Positions 1 through 9,602 of a stretch of DNA of 64,000 nt are shown here, piece by piece. Position numbers and translations under genes: made by a program. The stretch comes from Micavibrio sp. UBA5572 (GTDB lineage: Bacteria > Pseudomonadota > Alphaproteobacteria > Micavibrionales > Micavibrionaceae), in contig DIMG01000033.1 in the NCBI GenBank assembly GCA_002425415.1, positions 5,637 to 69,636 of the forward strand, read 5' to 3'. The notes beneath the pieces are model-generated. The model was given only the letters and a program-made list of their open reading frames with translations, did not search any database and was not told the origin of the DNA. The stretch's first letter is position 1; each line of letters begins with the position of its first letter.

Positions 1-1
1 T

Positions 2-172
2 ATGCAAGCAGCACATGACAAATTCGACATTGGCTCAACACCAACTTTTATTGTCAATGGCGGCGAGAAAGTGATTGTAGGACATCAACCATTTTCATTC
101 TTTCAGTCTACCTTTGATCCACTTCTTGGAATTGCCCCTTCTGCTCCGGCAAAAGACGCTAACCAAGAATAA
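2..172 (+). CDS. 3' end of a DsbA-family thiol:disulfide oxidoreductase (5' end outside window)
   Basis: Frame 2 is open from the window edge to TAA at 170-172. The tail ...FDIGSTPTFIVNGGEKVIVGHQPF... resembles the C-terminal GTPTFxING region of DsbA-like proteins. Confidence 0.45.
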   Translation: MQAAHDKFDIGSTPTFIVNGGEKVIVGHQPFSFFQSTFDPLLGIAPSAPAKDANQE

Positions 173-208
173 AACCTGCACTTCCAGAAACAGGATACCT
201 GAAACGAC

Positions 209-3200
209 ATGTCGAATTTTAGCCGCCTACGCCTTCAAGGATTCAAATCATTTGTTGAAAAATCAGATTTGGACATTGGCCCTGGTTTAACCGGAATTGT
301 CGGGCCAAACGGTTGCGGCAAATCGAATCTTGTCGAAGCCTTGTCTTGGGTTATGGGAGAAACATCGGCCAAACGGTTGCGCGGTTCGGGCATGGATGAC
401 GTTATTTTTAACGGCACCAGCAATCGCCCTGCCCGCAACTCTGCCGAAGTTTCTGTTGTTTTGGACAACCGCGAGCGAACAGCTCCGGCTTTGTTCAATG
501 CGACAGACGAAATCGAAGTCGTACGCCGGATTGAACGTGATATGGGATCAAGCTACTACGTGAACAGCAAGCCTGTCCGTGCGCGTGATGTCCAGATGTT
601 ATTTGCCGACATGGCCATTGGTGCACATTCGACCGCTATTGTTTCCCAAGGTCGTATTGCTGCAATTATCAATGCCAAACCAGCAGAGCGCCGTCAGGTT
701 TTGGAAGAGTCTGCCGGAGTATCCGGTTTGTATGTTCGCCGTCATGAAGCCGAATTGCGCTTGAAAGCCGCCGATGCAAATCTGGCACGGTTACAAGATG
801 TTGTTGCGGGTCTTGAAACCCAGCTTGACTCTTTAAAACGCCAAAGCCGTCAGGCCACACGTTATAAAAATATTAGTGCTGAAATTAAAGCTCTTGAAAC
901 AAAATTGGCTTTGGCCGAATGGATGATTGCGCGGACTTTAAAATCCGAAGCAGAACAAGAATACAATGACTCCGAAGGTCTTGTCGCCGAACGCATGGGA
1001 CGCGTTGCAGAACTGAACCGTTTGCAAATCGAACAAGGAGAATCTCTACCGCCATTGCGTGAAAAGCAAGCCGAAACAGCGGCGGCATGGCAAGCTCAAA
1101 ATTTCGAATTGCGTCGTCTTGATGATGAAGAACAACGAATCACTGCACAAATTGATGAAGCAAAATCTTCTTTGTCCCATATTTCCAATGATCGCACCCA
1201 TGAGGAGCAATCGTCAAGCGAGAGCACCTCTATGCTTGAAAAATTGGACACAGAAGAAAAAGAACTTCTGGCACAATCCAATACCAAAGAAGAAATTACC
1301 CGCCTGACAAATGATCGTGGCGAAAAAGAACTCGATGTTTTACGATTGCAGGAAAACTATCAATCCACTTTGGAAAAAGCCGCCAGCCTCAAAGCAACAC
1401 GAGCAACGCTGGAAAGCCAACTATCTCAGGATCAAAACCGTTTAAGCTCGGTCAAGGCGCGCATTGCATCCCTTCAACAGCAAATCGAACAAAAGCGCGC
1501 GCAACAAGAAGCTGCAACACCTGTTGATGGCTTAAATACTGAAATTGACACTCTTGATTTAGGCTTGGCTGAAAAACGCTCTGCTGAACAAACATCTAAA
1601 GAAGCACTGGATACAGCCCAACACGCTTTGGATGAAGCCCGTGCCACGCAACAGACATCCCGCGAAGCATTGTCAAAAATCCAATCCGAAATGAACGCCC
1701 TGGAAAGTGTTCTGAAATCGGAATCCCAATCCGGATTTCGTCCGGTTCTGGATGAAATCAAAGCCGATGATGGATTTGAAGCCGCATTGTCCAAAGCATT
1801 AGGCGATACCATTATGGCATCAACGGCCAGTGATGCTCCGGCAGTATGGTCAGGAAAATCGACTGTAGATCAATCTCCTGAATTTCCGGCAGGTGTTGCA
1901 CCACTTCGTCCCCATATCAAAGCCCCTGAAGCCTTGCAAACAGCCCTATCCTATATCGGTTATGTCGAAGACGATACCAAAGGAGAAGAGGCCTGTTCCC
2001 AACTTAAAGCCGGACAATCGATTGTTTCAAAAGATGGTGCTTATTGGCGTTGGGATGGATTGTGTATCCGTGCCAAGGCCATGGATCGCAATGCGATTCG
2101 TTTAAAAAATAAAAACCGTCTGGAAGAATTGCAATCCCAACTTCCTAATGCTCAATCGGCTTTTAACTCTGCCGAAGATAAATTACGAGCCACTCAAGCA
2201 GACGTTCAGTCCTGCAGACAAACAGTTCAAAATCTGGAACAGGATGTCCGCAACATTGATCGTAGTCTGGCGAATAAACGGACAGAACTGCAACGCGCCA
2301 TTGAAAAACGGGCGCACACAGAATCAGAAATTGCCAAACTGGAAGAAGGCCTGAATATTACAGGCGAAGATATCGAGCGTTTAGAGGCTGCAGTATTTAC
2401 GCATCAAACATCCATGCAATCTTTTGATGATGAATCTTTGGCACGTCAAAATCTGGAAGTCGAACAGCGTAAGCTTGCTTTGGCTGCCGCACAGGGGGCG
2501 TTGAGTGAGGCATCTGCCGCGCTTGAAGTGTTCCAACAAGGCATCCGTCGCCGTGAGGCTCGGTTACGGGCGATTGCCGATGAACGCGTTTCTTTGAACA
2601 ATCGTGCCATTCGGGCAAAAGACCGTCTGAAAAATTTAGATGAACGTGAAGAAATTCTAAAAACCAAACTGGAAGAAGTTCTATCTCGTCCTGATGAAAT
2701 TACAGCCCAACGCCTTGCTTTATTGGACACTCTTAAAACCATGGAAAATGCCAAAAATGCATCTTCTGATGCCTTGGCATTGGCAGAAAAAGAATTGGCT
2801 GAAACGTCTCGTTCCTTGAAAGAATCCGAAGCCTTGTTAATGGAAGTCCGAGAATCAAGGGCTAAAGCTCAAGCCACCATGGAAGCCGCAAGTGGTTCGA
2901 TTGAAATCATCCGCCAGTCCATAGAAGACCAATTCTCTATGAATCCTGACGAGTTGTGGCAAAGTTCGGAAATGGATTTGGAAAAACTGAATTCAGAACC
3001 GATTGATAAATTACGCGGCAAACGGGATCGTTTAATCCGTGAACGTGACGGCATGGGACCTGTGAACTTACGCGCCGATGTTGAATCCCAAGAGGTCGAA
3101 CAACAATTGGCCAAACTATGTCAGGAGCGTTCCGATTTAGCACAAGCAATTGAAGAATTGCGCGGCGGCATTCATAAACTCAATAAAGAAGCGCGTGAAC

Positions 3201-3682
3201 GTTTACAGCAAGCCTTTAATACGGTGAATGGTCATTTCCAAACATTGTTCACCCGCTTGTTTGGTGGTGGATCGGCTCATTTGGCGTTTGTTGACTCGGA
3301 TGATCCACTGGAAGCCTCTTTGGAAATTTTTGCCTCTCCGCCCGGAAAATCCCTGCAATCTCTGTCATTATTGTCAGGTGGAGAAAAAACTCTGGCTTCA
3401 ACCGCTTTGATTTTCGCCATGTTCTTGACGAACCCTGCCCCGATCTGCGTATTGGACGAAATTGACGCGCCTTTGGATGATGCCAATGTTGATCGTGTTT
3501 GCACGATGCTGGAAGAAATTGTCCAGCAATGTAGCACTCGATTTGTGATTATTACGCACCACCGCTTAACCATGGCGCGGATGGATCGCCTCTATGGCGT
3601 GACCATGTCCGAGCGTGGTGTATCCCAATTGGTATCCGTTGACCTGCAAGGTAAACTCGACTTTTTGGAAGCGGCTGAATAA
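209..3682 (+). CDS. smc: chromosome segregation protein SMC
   Basis: 1157-aa ORF. It has an N-terminal Walker A (GPNGCGKSN), a long coiled-coil middle, and a C-terminal signature LSGGEKTL plus Walker B (VLDEIDAPLDD). Confidence 0.95.
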   Translation: MSNFSRLRLQGFKSFVEKSDLDIGPGLTGIVGPNGCGKSNLVEALSWVMGETSAKRLRGSGMDDVIFNGTSNRPARNSAEVSVVLDNRERTAPALFNATDEIEVVRRIERDMGSSYYVNSKPVRARDVQMLFADMAIGAHSTAIVSQGRIAAIINAKPAERRQVLEESAGVSGLYVRRHEAELRLKAADANLARLQDVVAGLETQLDSLKRQSRQATRYKNISAEIKALETKLALAEWMIARTLKSEAEQEYNDSEGLVAERMGRVAELNRLQIEQGESLPPLREKQAETAAAWQAQNFELRRLDDEEQRITAQIDEAKSSLSHISNDRTHEEQSSSESTSMLEKLDTEEKELLAQSNTKEEITRLTNDRGEKELDVLRLQENYQSTLEKAASLKATRATLESQLSQDQNRLSSVKARIASLQQQIEQKRAQQEAATPVDGLNTEIDTLDLGLAEKRSAEQTSKEALDTAQHALDEARATQQTSREALSKIQSEMNALESVLKSESQSGFRPVLDEIKADDGFEAALSKALGDTIMASTASDAPAVWSGKSTVDQSPEFPAGVAPLRPHIKAPEALQTALSYIGYVEDDTKGEEACSQLKAGQSIVSKDGAYWRWDGLCIRAKAMDRNAIRLKNKNRLEELQSQLPNAQSAFNSAEDKLRATQADVQSCRQTVQNLEQDVRNIDRSLANKRTELQRAIEKRAHTESEIAKLEEGLNITGEDIERLEAAVFTHQTSMQSFDDESLARQNLEVEQRKLALAAAQGALSEASAALEVFQQGIRRREARLRAIADERVSLNNRAIRAKDRLKNLDEREEILKTKLEEVLSRPDEITAQRLALLDTLKTMENAKNASSDALALAEKELAETSRSLKESEALLMEVRESRAKAQATMEAASGSIEIIRQSIEDQFSMNPDELWQSSEMDLEKLNSEPIDKLRGKRDRLIRERDGMGPVNLRADVESQEVEQQLAKLCQERSDLAQAIEELRGGIHKLNKEARERLQQAFNTVNGHFQTLFTRLFGGGSAHLAFVDSDDPLEASLEIFASPPGKSLQSLSLLSGGEKTLASTALIFAMFLTNPAPICVLDEIDAPLDDANVDRVCTMLEEIVQQCSTRFVIITHHRLTMARMDRLYGVTMSERGVSQLVSVDLQGKLDFLEAAE

Positions 3683-3694
3683 TTCTGCCCTGAA

Positions 3695-4027
3695 TTAACG
3701 ATAATAATGCGGATGAACAAGCCATGTAGCCGCAGGATTTGCGTTTGCTTTCATAAGATTATACGTTGCAACATCCACGCGCGTTCCTGCATCAAAGAGA
3801 CGTTTTTTGTACAATTCATAGCTTACTACGGCTGATTCCGCACTGTGAGGGTTTTGGATCACCTGAACCATTGCGGCTGGAGCCTCAAGTTCGGCAGGGA
3901 TGGTTGTAACCTCTGCTGGACACAATGCCTCTGCTATGGCAAAGATGACTGGGGCGATGGCTTCTCGAAAAAAATGAGCTGTCATATGCATTTTTCCAAT
4001 ATAACTATATTTATATATAGAAATCAA
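3695..4027 (-). CDS. hypothetical protein; start may be the internal ATG at 3991
   Basis: 110-aa ORF filling the gap between smc and atpI. I recognise no motif. Confidence 0.3.
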   Translation of the reverse strand: MISIYKYSYIGKMHMTAHFFREAIAPVIFAIAEALCPAEVTTIPAELEAPAAMVQVIQNPHSAESAVVSYELYKKRLFDAGTRVDVATYNLMKANANPAATWLVHPHYYR

Positions 4028-4032
4028 TAAAA

Positions 4033-4386
4033 ATGAACAAAAATATAGAAGACATTCAAAGGCGCCTTAAAAATCTGAAGGATGAGGTTACCCCTGTCGA
4101 ATCATCTGTCGAAAAAGATAAGGCGGGGAAAAATGATTTGGGACGAGCCTATGAGCTGATTGCAACCCCTATTGTCGCAGGCGGCATAGGAGTCGGTCTG
4201 GATCACCTTTTTTCAACGTCACCGCTCTTTTTTATAACCCTTGCTATTCTTGGGGTTTTCGCAGGTTTTTGGGGAATTTACAAATCCAGCCAAAATATCG
4301 CAACCCCACTTGATTCAAAACGGTTGCAAGATGCTCAAAAACAGGCTAAGACAAGCGCAAATTTCGAGCAAAACAGTCCAGACTGA
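4033..4386 (+). CDS. atpI: ATP synthase protein I (AtpI/AtpZ family)
   Basis: 117-aa protein with two hydrophobic helices, sitting immediately upstream of atpB as is typical of alphaproteobacterial F0 operons. Confidence 0.7.
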   Translation: MNKNIEDIQRRLKNLKDEVTPVESSVEKDKAGKNDLGRAYELIATPIVAGGIGVGLDHLFSTSPLFFITLAILGVFAGFWGIYKSSQNIATPLDSKRLQDAQKQAKTSANFEQNSPD

Positions 4387-4408
4387 ACAGACCTGACCAA
4401 AGAGGATT

Positions 4409-5161
4409 TTGATCTTGGCCGATCCGATGCATCAGTTTCAAATCTCCCCCATTATTCCCATTGATTTGGGAGGGGTTGATATTTCCTTCACCAATTCTTC
4501 CCTTTGGATGATGATCGGAGCGATTTGCTCCCTCGTTCTCATGGGTCTTGCCGCAAGCCGTAAATCAATTATTCCCGGTCGTGTTCAAATGGTCGGTGAA
4601 GAAATTTATGGCTTTGTTGAGAATCTTATTACCGAAAATATCGGTGGAAAAGGGAAAGAATATTTCCCGCTTGTTTTCACGTTATTTATGATGGTTATCA
4701 TGGGTAATCTTCTGGGTATGCTACCCTACTCTTTTACTTATACCAGTCACCTTGCTGTGACCGCAGGGCTGGCGTTGTTGGTGTTTTTTACCGTTTTGGT
4801 TGTTGGCATTATCCGTCACGGCTTTCATTTTTTTCATCTGTTTATTCCCCCGGGTGTCCCTGCTTGGCTGCTATGGCTGGTTGTTTTAATCGAGCTTGTT
4901 TCCTTTATCAGCCGTCCCGTGACTCTTTCTGTCCGTCTCTTTGCGAATATGGTTGCCGGTCACGTTTTAATGAAAGTGATTGCCGGATTTGCGATTATGT
5001 TTGCATCCATGGGCGGATTGGCTTGGGCTGGATCTTTGCTTCCGATCGCCTTTAATATCGTCATGATCGGTTTTGAATTCTTCATTGCCTTTATTCAGGC
5101 TTATGTGTTTGCTGTTTTGGCTTGTATCTATCTAAAAGATACAGTCGAAATAGCTCACTGA
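4409..5161 (+). CDS. atpB: F0F1 ATP synthase subunit a
   Basis: 250-aa polytopic membrane protein carrying the conserved LSVRLFANMVAGH motif. Confidence 0.95.
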   Translation: MILADPMHQFQISPIIPIDLGGVDISFTNSSLWMMIGAICSLVLMGLAASRKSIIPGRVQMVGEEIYGFVENLITENIGGKGKEYFPLVFTLFMMVIMGNLLGMLPYSFTYTSHLAVTAGLALLVFFTVLVVGIIRHGFHFFHLFIPPGVPAWLLWLVVLIELVSFISRPVTLSVRLFANMVAGHVLMKVIAGFAIMFASMGGLAWAGSLLPIAFNIVMIGFEFFIAFIQAYVFAVLACIYLKDTVEIAH

Positions 5162-5227
5162 TAAACCCTGTGATGAAGAATAAAATATTTTAACTCACGT
5201 AAACCAAAGAAAAAAGGAACGTAAAAA

Positions 5228-5452
5228 ATGGAAACTGAAGCTGTAAAAATGTTGGCTGGTGCGATTGCTCTTCTGCCTTTGGCCGGTGTGGCTTTGGGTC
5301 TGGGAAAAATCTTCGCAGCATATAACGAAGCTGTAGGACGCAACCCAGGTGCAGCTGAATTATTGAACAAGAAATTCATGTTCACATTTGCTGTGACCGA
5401 AGCCCTCGGTATTTTCGCATTGCTGATCGCTTTCTATCTGGTTTTCGCCTAA
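5228..5452 (+). CDS. atpE: F0F1 ATP synthase subunit c
   Basis: 74-aa helical hairpin with the carboxylate motif FAVTEALGIFAL. It follows atpB. Confidence 0.95.
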   Translation: METEAVKMLAGAIALLPLAGVALGLGKIFAAYNEAVGRNPGAAELLNKKFMFTFAVTEALGIFALLIAFYLVFA

Positions 5453-5482
5453 ACCAGTCATTCGAACCAAAGGGCTATTTGC

Positions 5483-6100
5483 ATGTTGATCTTGAAAAAC
5501 GCTTTTTTTGTTATGATGGGATTGTTCTTTTCTGCCGGAATTGCTCTAGCAGAAGAATCCATGCCACATGCTGAGGAAGCAGCTCATCAAGGCGGCGGAT
5601 TGCCCCAGTTCGATCCTACCAGTTGGCCCAGCCAGATTTTCTGGCTGGTCGTATTCTTTGTCATTCTTTATACGATTTTTTCCAAATCCGTTTTGCCAAG
5701 TATCGGCACGACTCTTGGAAACAGGAAAGCTCATATCGATCGGCATATTGCCGAAGCCGAAACTCTTTCTAAAGAAGCGGAAATTATCGATTCTGAATTG
5801 AAAGCAGCTCTGCGTGAAGCCGGTCAGAGTGCGTCTTCCGAAATCCAGAGTGCAGAATCCGATGCCAAGACTCGTCTGGCGGATGCAATAGCTGGGTTTA
5901 GAGATCGCTATGAAAAAGAAATCGGTGACGCTGAAAATCGCATTCAAAAAGCAACCGATATTGCGCTTCAGGACATGAATTCTCTGGTTGCAACTTTGGC
6001 AACACAGATGGCTGAAAAAGTTGCGGGCATTTCTGCCGATGCAACCCAAGCCGAAACTGTTGTACGCTCTTTAAGCAATAAAGCCAGCAAAGCAGCATAA
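5483..6100 (+). CDS. atpF2: F0F1 ATP synthase subunit b'
   Basis: One N-terminal TM segment followed by a long charged helix. It occupies the first of two b-type positions, as in alphaproteobacteria. Confidence 0.85.
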   Translation: MLILKNAFFVMMGLFFSAGIALAEESMPHAEEAAHQGGGLPQFDPTSWPSQIFWLVVFFVILYTIFSKSVLPSIGTTLGNRKAHIDRHIAEAETLSKEAEIIDSELKAALREAGQSASSEIQSAESDAKTRLADAIAGFRDRYEKEIGDAENRIQKATDIALQDMNSLVATLATQMAEKVAGISADATQAETVVRSLSNKASKAA

Positions 6101-6125
6101 TATAAAAAGATTGAGAGACTGAGAT

Positions 6126-6617
6126 ATGGAACACCTATTGACTGATCCGACCCTCTGGGTTCTGTTTTCTTTTATTGCCTTTACAATTCTGGCCTATGTT
6201 TTTGGGCGGCATTCTGTTTTGGGAATGCTGGATACCAGGATTGATAAAATCCGCGATCAAATTTTATCTGCCGAAACTTTAAAATCCGAAGCCCAAGCTC
6301 TTTTGAAACAATATCAGGCCAATCTGGCCGGAGCGTCAAAAGAGGCTGACGAAATCATCAGAAAAGCTAAACTTCAAGCCGAAGATTTTCGGATTCAGGC
6401 TGAAGCTGCCTTTGAAGAAACAATGGCGCGTCGCGAAGACATGCTCAAAAACCGTATCGAACAAATGGAACGTGCCGCCGTTGATGATATTCGTCGTTAT
6501 GCTGCCGAACTCGCCGTATCCGCAACGACAGAGATTATTTCACAAAAACTTTCTGTTGCAGATTCGCAGCGTTTGGCCGATCAAAGCATTCAACAAATTA
6601 CAGAGAAATTTAACTGA
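6126..6617 (+). CDS. atpF: F0F1 ATP synthase subunit b
   Basis: 163 aa with one N-terminal TM segment and an Ala/Glu/Arg-rich helix. It occupies the second b-type position. Confidence 0.85.
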   Translation: MEHLLTDPTLWVLFSFIAFTILAYVFGRHSVLGMLDTRIDKIRDQILSAETLKSEAQALLKQYQANLAGASKEADEIIRKAKLQAEDFRIQAEAAFEETMARREDMLKNRIEQMERAAVDDIRRYAAELAVSATTEIISQKLSVADSQRLADQSIQQITEKFN

Positions 6618-6679
6618 GCTCTCTCTTCTCACCCCCAAAAATTCTAAATGGGCGTCTGTGGCGTGGCCGACGAGTCGGA

Positions 6680-7258
6680 TTGCTTGGCGGGTCTTTTAAC
6701 CCCCCTCATTTGGGACATGTCCATAATTCTGAAGTGGCCATGAAATATCTGGGACTAGACGCCGTATGGTGGCTGGTTACACCAGGAAATCCTTTAAAAT
6801 CAAAAGTCGGTTTGCCGAATGTCATAGATAGGATGAATTCTTGCCGCCAATTGGTTCAAAATCCAAGAATTATCATCTCCGACCTCGAAAGCAACCTGGG
6901 AACAACCAGAACGGTTGAAACACTGCCTTTAATCCAAAAGAACTTTCCTTCGACTGAATTTGTGTGGTTGGCGGGAACAGAAATTGCCCATGAATTCCAC
7001 AAATGGTACAGATGGCAGGATTTAATCCGGATGATCCCTTTTGCCTTTGTTGGCCGTCCGACACAATATGGAGTCGTTCGCAATACTGTCTTTCATAATG
7101 ATTCCAGCCTATCTCACCATGTTCTTCATCATGGTGGGCGGCCTATCCTCGATAAAGGGCATATTTACTGGATTTTTTCTGAACCACTCAACCCCCAGTC
7201 CTCAACATTGTTGCGAGCTCAGAAAACCAGATTTGCACCCGAGCCATCAAAAGTGTAA
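6680..7258 (+). CDS. nadD: nicotinate-nucleotide adenylyltransferase
   Basis: GGSFNPPHLGH nucleotidyltransferase motif right at the N-terminus. The tracked start is TTG, and the true start could lie slightly upstream because the frame is open back to 6614. Confidence 0.85.
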   Translation: MLGGSFNPPHLGHVHNSEVAMKYLGLDAVWWLVTPGNPLKSKVGLPNVIDRMNSCRQLVQNPRIIISDLESNLGTTRTVETLPLIQKNFPSTEFVWLAGTEIAHEFHKWYRWQDLIRMIPFAFVGRPTQYGVVRNTVFHNDSSLSHHVLHHGGRPILDKGHIYWIFSEPLNPQSSTLLRAQKTRFAPEPSKV

Positions 7259-7419
7259 AATAAAAGGGATGGGAATTGCTCCGAAACAGTTAAGTAATTT
7301 TTTAATTTACGAAATGATAGCAACTTGCTATACAAGCCGCATGAGAACATATGTTCGCAAGCGGATGAGTAGCCCGTCAACACTAGCCATTAAAATTATG
7401 GGAAAGGAGAGCGCCACCC

Positions 7420-7806
7420 TTGGGTACGCATCTTAAAACCGAAGAGCCTTCTTCGGAGCATCTGAAAGACCTGATCCTTCAGGTTCTTGATGATAACAAG
7501 GCAGAAGAAATTGAAGCCATTTATTTGAATGGTCAATCATCAATCGCAGATTACATGGTTGTTGCCAGCGGAACATCATCCCGTCAGGTTGCTGCCTTGG
7601 CTGGTAAACTTGATGAAAGCCTTTCCCCTCAAGGTTTCCCCGTTCTGCGTGTAGATGGCTTGCCAACCGCTGACTGGGTTGTTGTGGATCTGGGGGATGT
7701 AATTGTCCATCTTTTCCGTCCTGAAGTTCGTGATTTTTACAGCATCGAGAAAATGTGGCGGCAAGATCCCCCAAAACCTCCGGCTCACGATCAAATCCAC
7801 GCATAA
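7420..7806 (+). CDS. rsfS: ribosome silencing factor RsfS (iojap)
   Basis: 128 aa with DYMVVASGTSSRQV. The nadD-rsfS-rlmH order is conserved. Confidence 0.9.
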   Translation: MGTHLKTEEPSSEHLKDLILQVLDDNKAEEIEAIYLNGQSSIADYMVVASGTSSRQVAALAGKLDESLSPQGFPVLRVDGLPTADWVVVDLGDVIVHLFRPEVRDFYSIEKMWRQDPPKPPAHDQIHA

Positions 7807-7880
7807 ATCCATTCATAGATCTTAAAATTATAATGCAGCGCCCTTCTTTCGAGGCGCAGAATCGTATATGAACATTAGAC

Positions 7881-8342
7881 ATGTTCAAAATTGATCTCAT
7901 CGTTGTTGGAAAAGTCAAAAAAGGGGCTTGGAATGATCTTATCGAAGATTACTCCAAGCGGATGAAATGGCCTATTCAAATTATAGAAGTCGAAAGCAAA
8001 TATTCTGATCCCAAGACACAACAAGAGCATGAACAACGCTTGGTTTTATCCAAACTGGATGAAGATTCGTTTGTGGTTGTTTTGGATGAACGCGGTGATG
8101 GCCTGCGCAGCCTTGATTTTTCACAAACTCTCGACAAAATCCGCAGTACAGGCGTTGATAAAATCTCGTTCCTGATTGGGGGAGCCGAAGGTTTTACCGA
8201 TGAAGTCAGAAACAAGGCGAATATGTTGTTAAGTTTTGGTCAACAAACTTGGCCGCATGTTATGGTTCGCTTGATGTTGATGGAACAAATCTATCGTGCC
8301 CAACAAATTATTGCCGGTCACCCTTATCACCGAGAAGGATAA
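7881..8342 (+). CDS. rlmH: 23S rRNA (pseudouridine1915-N3)-methyltransferase RlmH
   Basis: 153-aa SPOUT-type protein with FLIGGAEGF and a C-terminal HPYHRE. Confidence 0.9.
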   Translation: MFKIDLIVVGKVKKGAWNDLIEDYSKRMKWPIQIIEVESKYSDPKTQQEHEQRLVLSKLDEDSFVVVLDERGDGLRSLDFSQTLDKIRSTGVDKISFLIGGAEGFTDEVRNKANMLLSFGQQTWPHVMVRLMLMEQIYRAQQIIAGHPYHREG

Positions 8343-8347
8343 TCTGA

Positions 8348-9538
8348 ATGATTTTCTTTCGACGTGCTTTGATCTATGGCTGCATATCTGTTTCATTGTC
8401 TTTGTCCGGCATGGATGCTCACTCCGAAACGCCCCCCCTTCCCCCTAAAAAGAATGCTCCGATTGAGTCTTTGGAAAAGCTCATCGAAGAACAAAAAGCA
8501 GAACAAAAACAGCTTGAAAAAAAAGCGAATTCCCTTGAAAAAGATATGAAAGGTCTCAAAAAAGACCTGATTTACATCGCAGGAAAAGTGCAAACGCATG
8601 AAAGCAATCTATTTGCTTTGGAACAACGCTTGTCCCAACTTAAAAAAGACAAATCGAATATCACCAATCATCTCGCCAAAGAAAAGAAGTCCATTGCCGA
8701 TTTGGTTTTGGCCTTGGAACGTATTCGCCGCATTCCTCCGGAAACTTTGATTGCCCGACCGGATGCCCCGCTGGAAACAGCACAAGCCGCAACGATCCTT
8801 GGATCTATATTGCCGGAACTTGATCGCCGTTCAAAAAAACTCAGACTAGATCTGGATGAGTTGGAAGTTATAGAAAATGAGTTGGAAGTAAAACAGCAAA
8901 AATTAAAAGAAACCACTGAAAAACTTAAAACAGATCAAGCCAACCTCGATCAGCTGATGGGACAGAGAGAAAAATCCCTGCATAAAACCAAAAGTGACGT
9001 TGAAAGCAAGACTGTCGAAATCACCCAATTGTCAAAATCGGCTAAGGATTTGGGAGATCTTATTGCAAAAGTAGAACAACGCAACCGTGCTCTGGAAAAG
9101 AGAACCGGAAATAATTCTTCCAAAAAGAACACGGATGTTAGAATTTCAAAGGCCGAAATCAAGTCACTCGGATCATTGCGGCTTCCCGTCTCTGGTTTCA
9201 TCAAAACCAAATACGGGGAATTGGATGACATTGGAGCAACCTCCAAGGGGATGACGATTGAAGCACGCCCGGGAGCCGTTGTGGTTGCCCCTGTTGCGGG
9301 AATTGTCCGTTATGCAGGGCCTTTTAAGAAATATGGCAGCATTATTCTGTTAGAACATAAGGGCAAGTTCCATAGTCTTGTTGCAGGTCTTGGAAAAATT
9401 GATACATTTGTCGGACAATCTGTTGATGCTGGGGAGCCACTTGGGCGCTTGCCGGATTATACAGGACGGTTATACTACGAGCTACGTTTTCGGGGAGATC
9501 CGGTTAATCCTTCCCAACAATTTTCCAAGCTTGAATAA
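8348..9538 (+). CDS. M23/LytM-domain murein hydrolase activator (EnvC-like)
   Basis: Signal peptide, long coiled-coil region, and a C-terminal LytM-like domain (VVAPVAGIVRYAGPF...GSIILLEH). Confidence 0.8.
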   Translation: MIFFRRALIYGCISVSLSLSGMDAHSETPPLPPKKNAPIESLEKLIEEQKAEQKQLEKKANSLEKDMKGLKKDLIYIAGKVQTHESNLFALEQRLSQLKKDKSNITNHLAKEKKSIADLVLALERIRRIPPETLIARPDAPLETAQAATILGSILPELDRRSKKLRLDLDELEVIENELEVKQQKLKETTEKLKTDQANLDQLMGQREKSLHKTKSDVESKTVEITQLSKSAKDLGDLIAKVEQRNRALEKRTGNNSSKKNTDVRISKAEIKSLGSLRLPVSGFIKTKYGELDDIGATSKGMTIEARPGAVVVAPVAGIVRYAGPFKKYGSIILLEHKGKFHSLVAGLGKIDTFVGQSVDAGEPLGRLPDYTGRLYYELRFRGDPVNPSQQFSKLE

Positions 9539-9602
9539 TATTTGGATTTTATAAAAACCTACCCTCGCTGTGTGATACCTTAATATAGAATATAGTTTTT
9601 CA

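Noticed and set aside
5455-5475. GGTTCGAAT (tRNA T-loop-like) sequence on the minus strand between atpE and atpF2
   Set aside because: The flanking bases do not form a T-stem, and no acceptor, D or anticodon arms can be drawn. I could draw no tRNA cloverleaf at the T-loop-like sequences I checked.
5546-6049. 167-aa minus-strand ORF antisense to atpF2
   Set aside because: It lies entirely inside the b' subunit gene of an intact atp operon, with no supporting signals.
7041-7436. 131-aa plus-strand ORF spanning the nadD 3' end and the nadD-rsfS spacer
   Set aside because: It is an off-frame overlap with nadD and has no motif or SD. The spacer is more simply intergenic.
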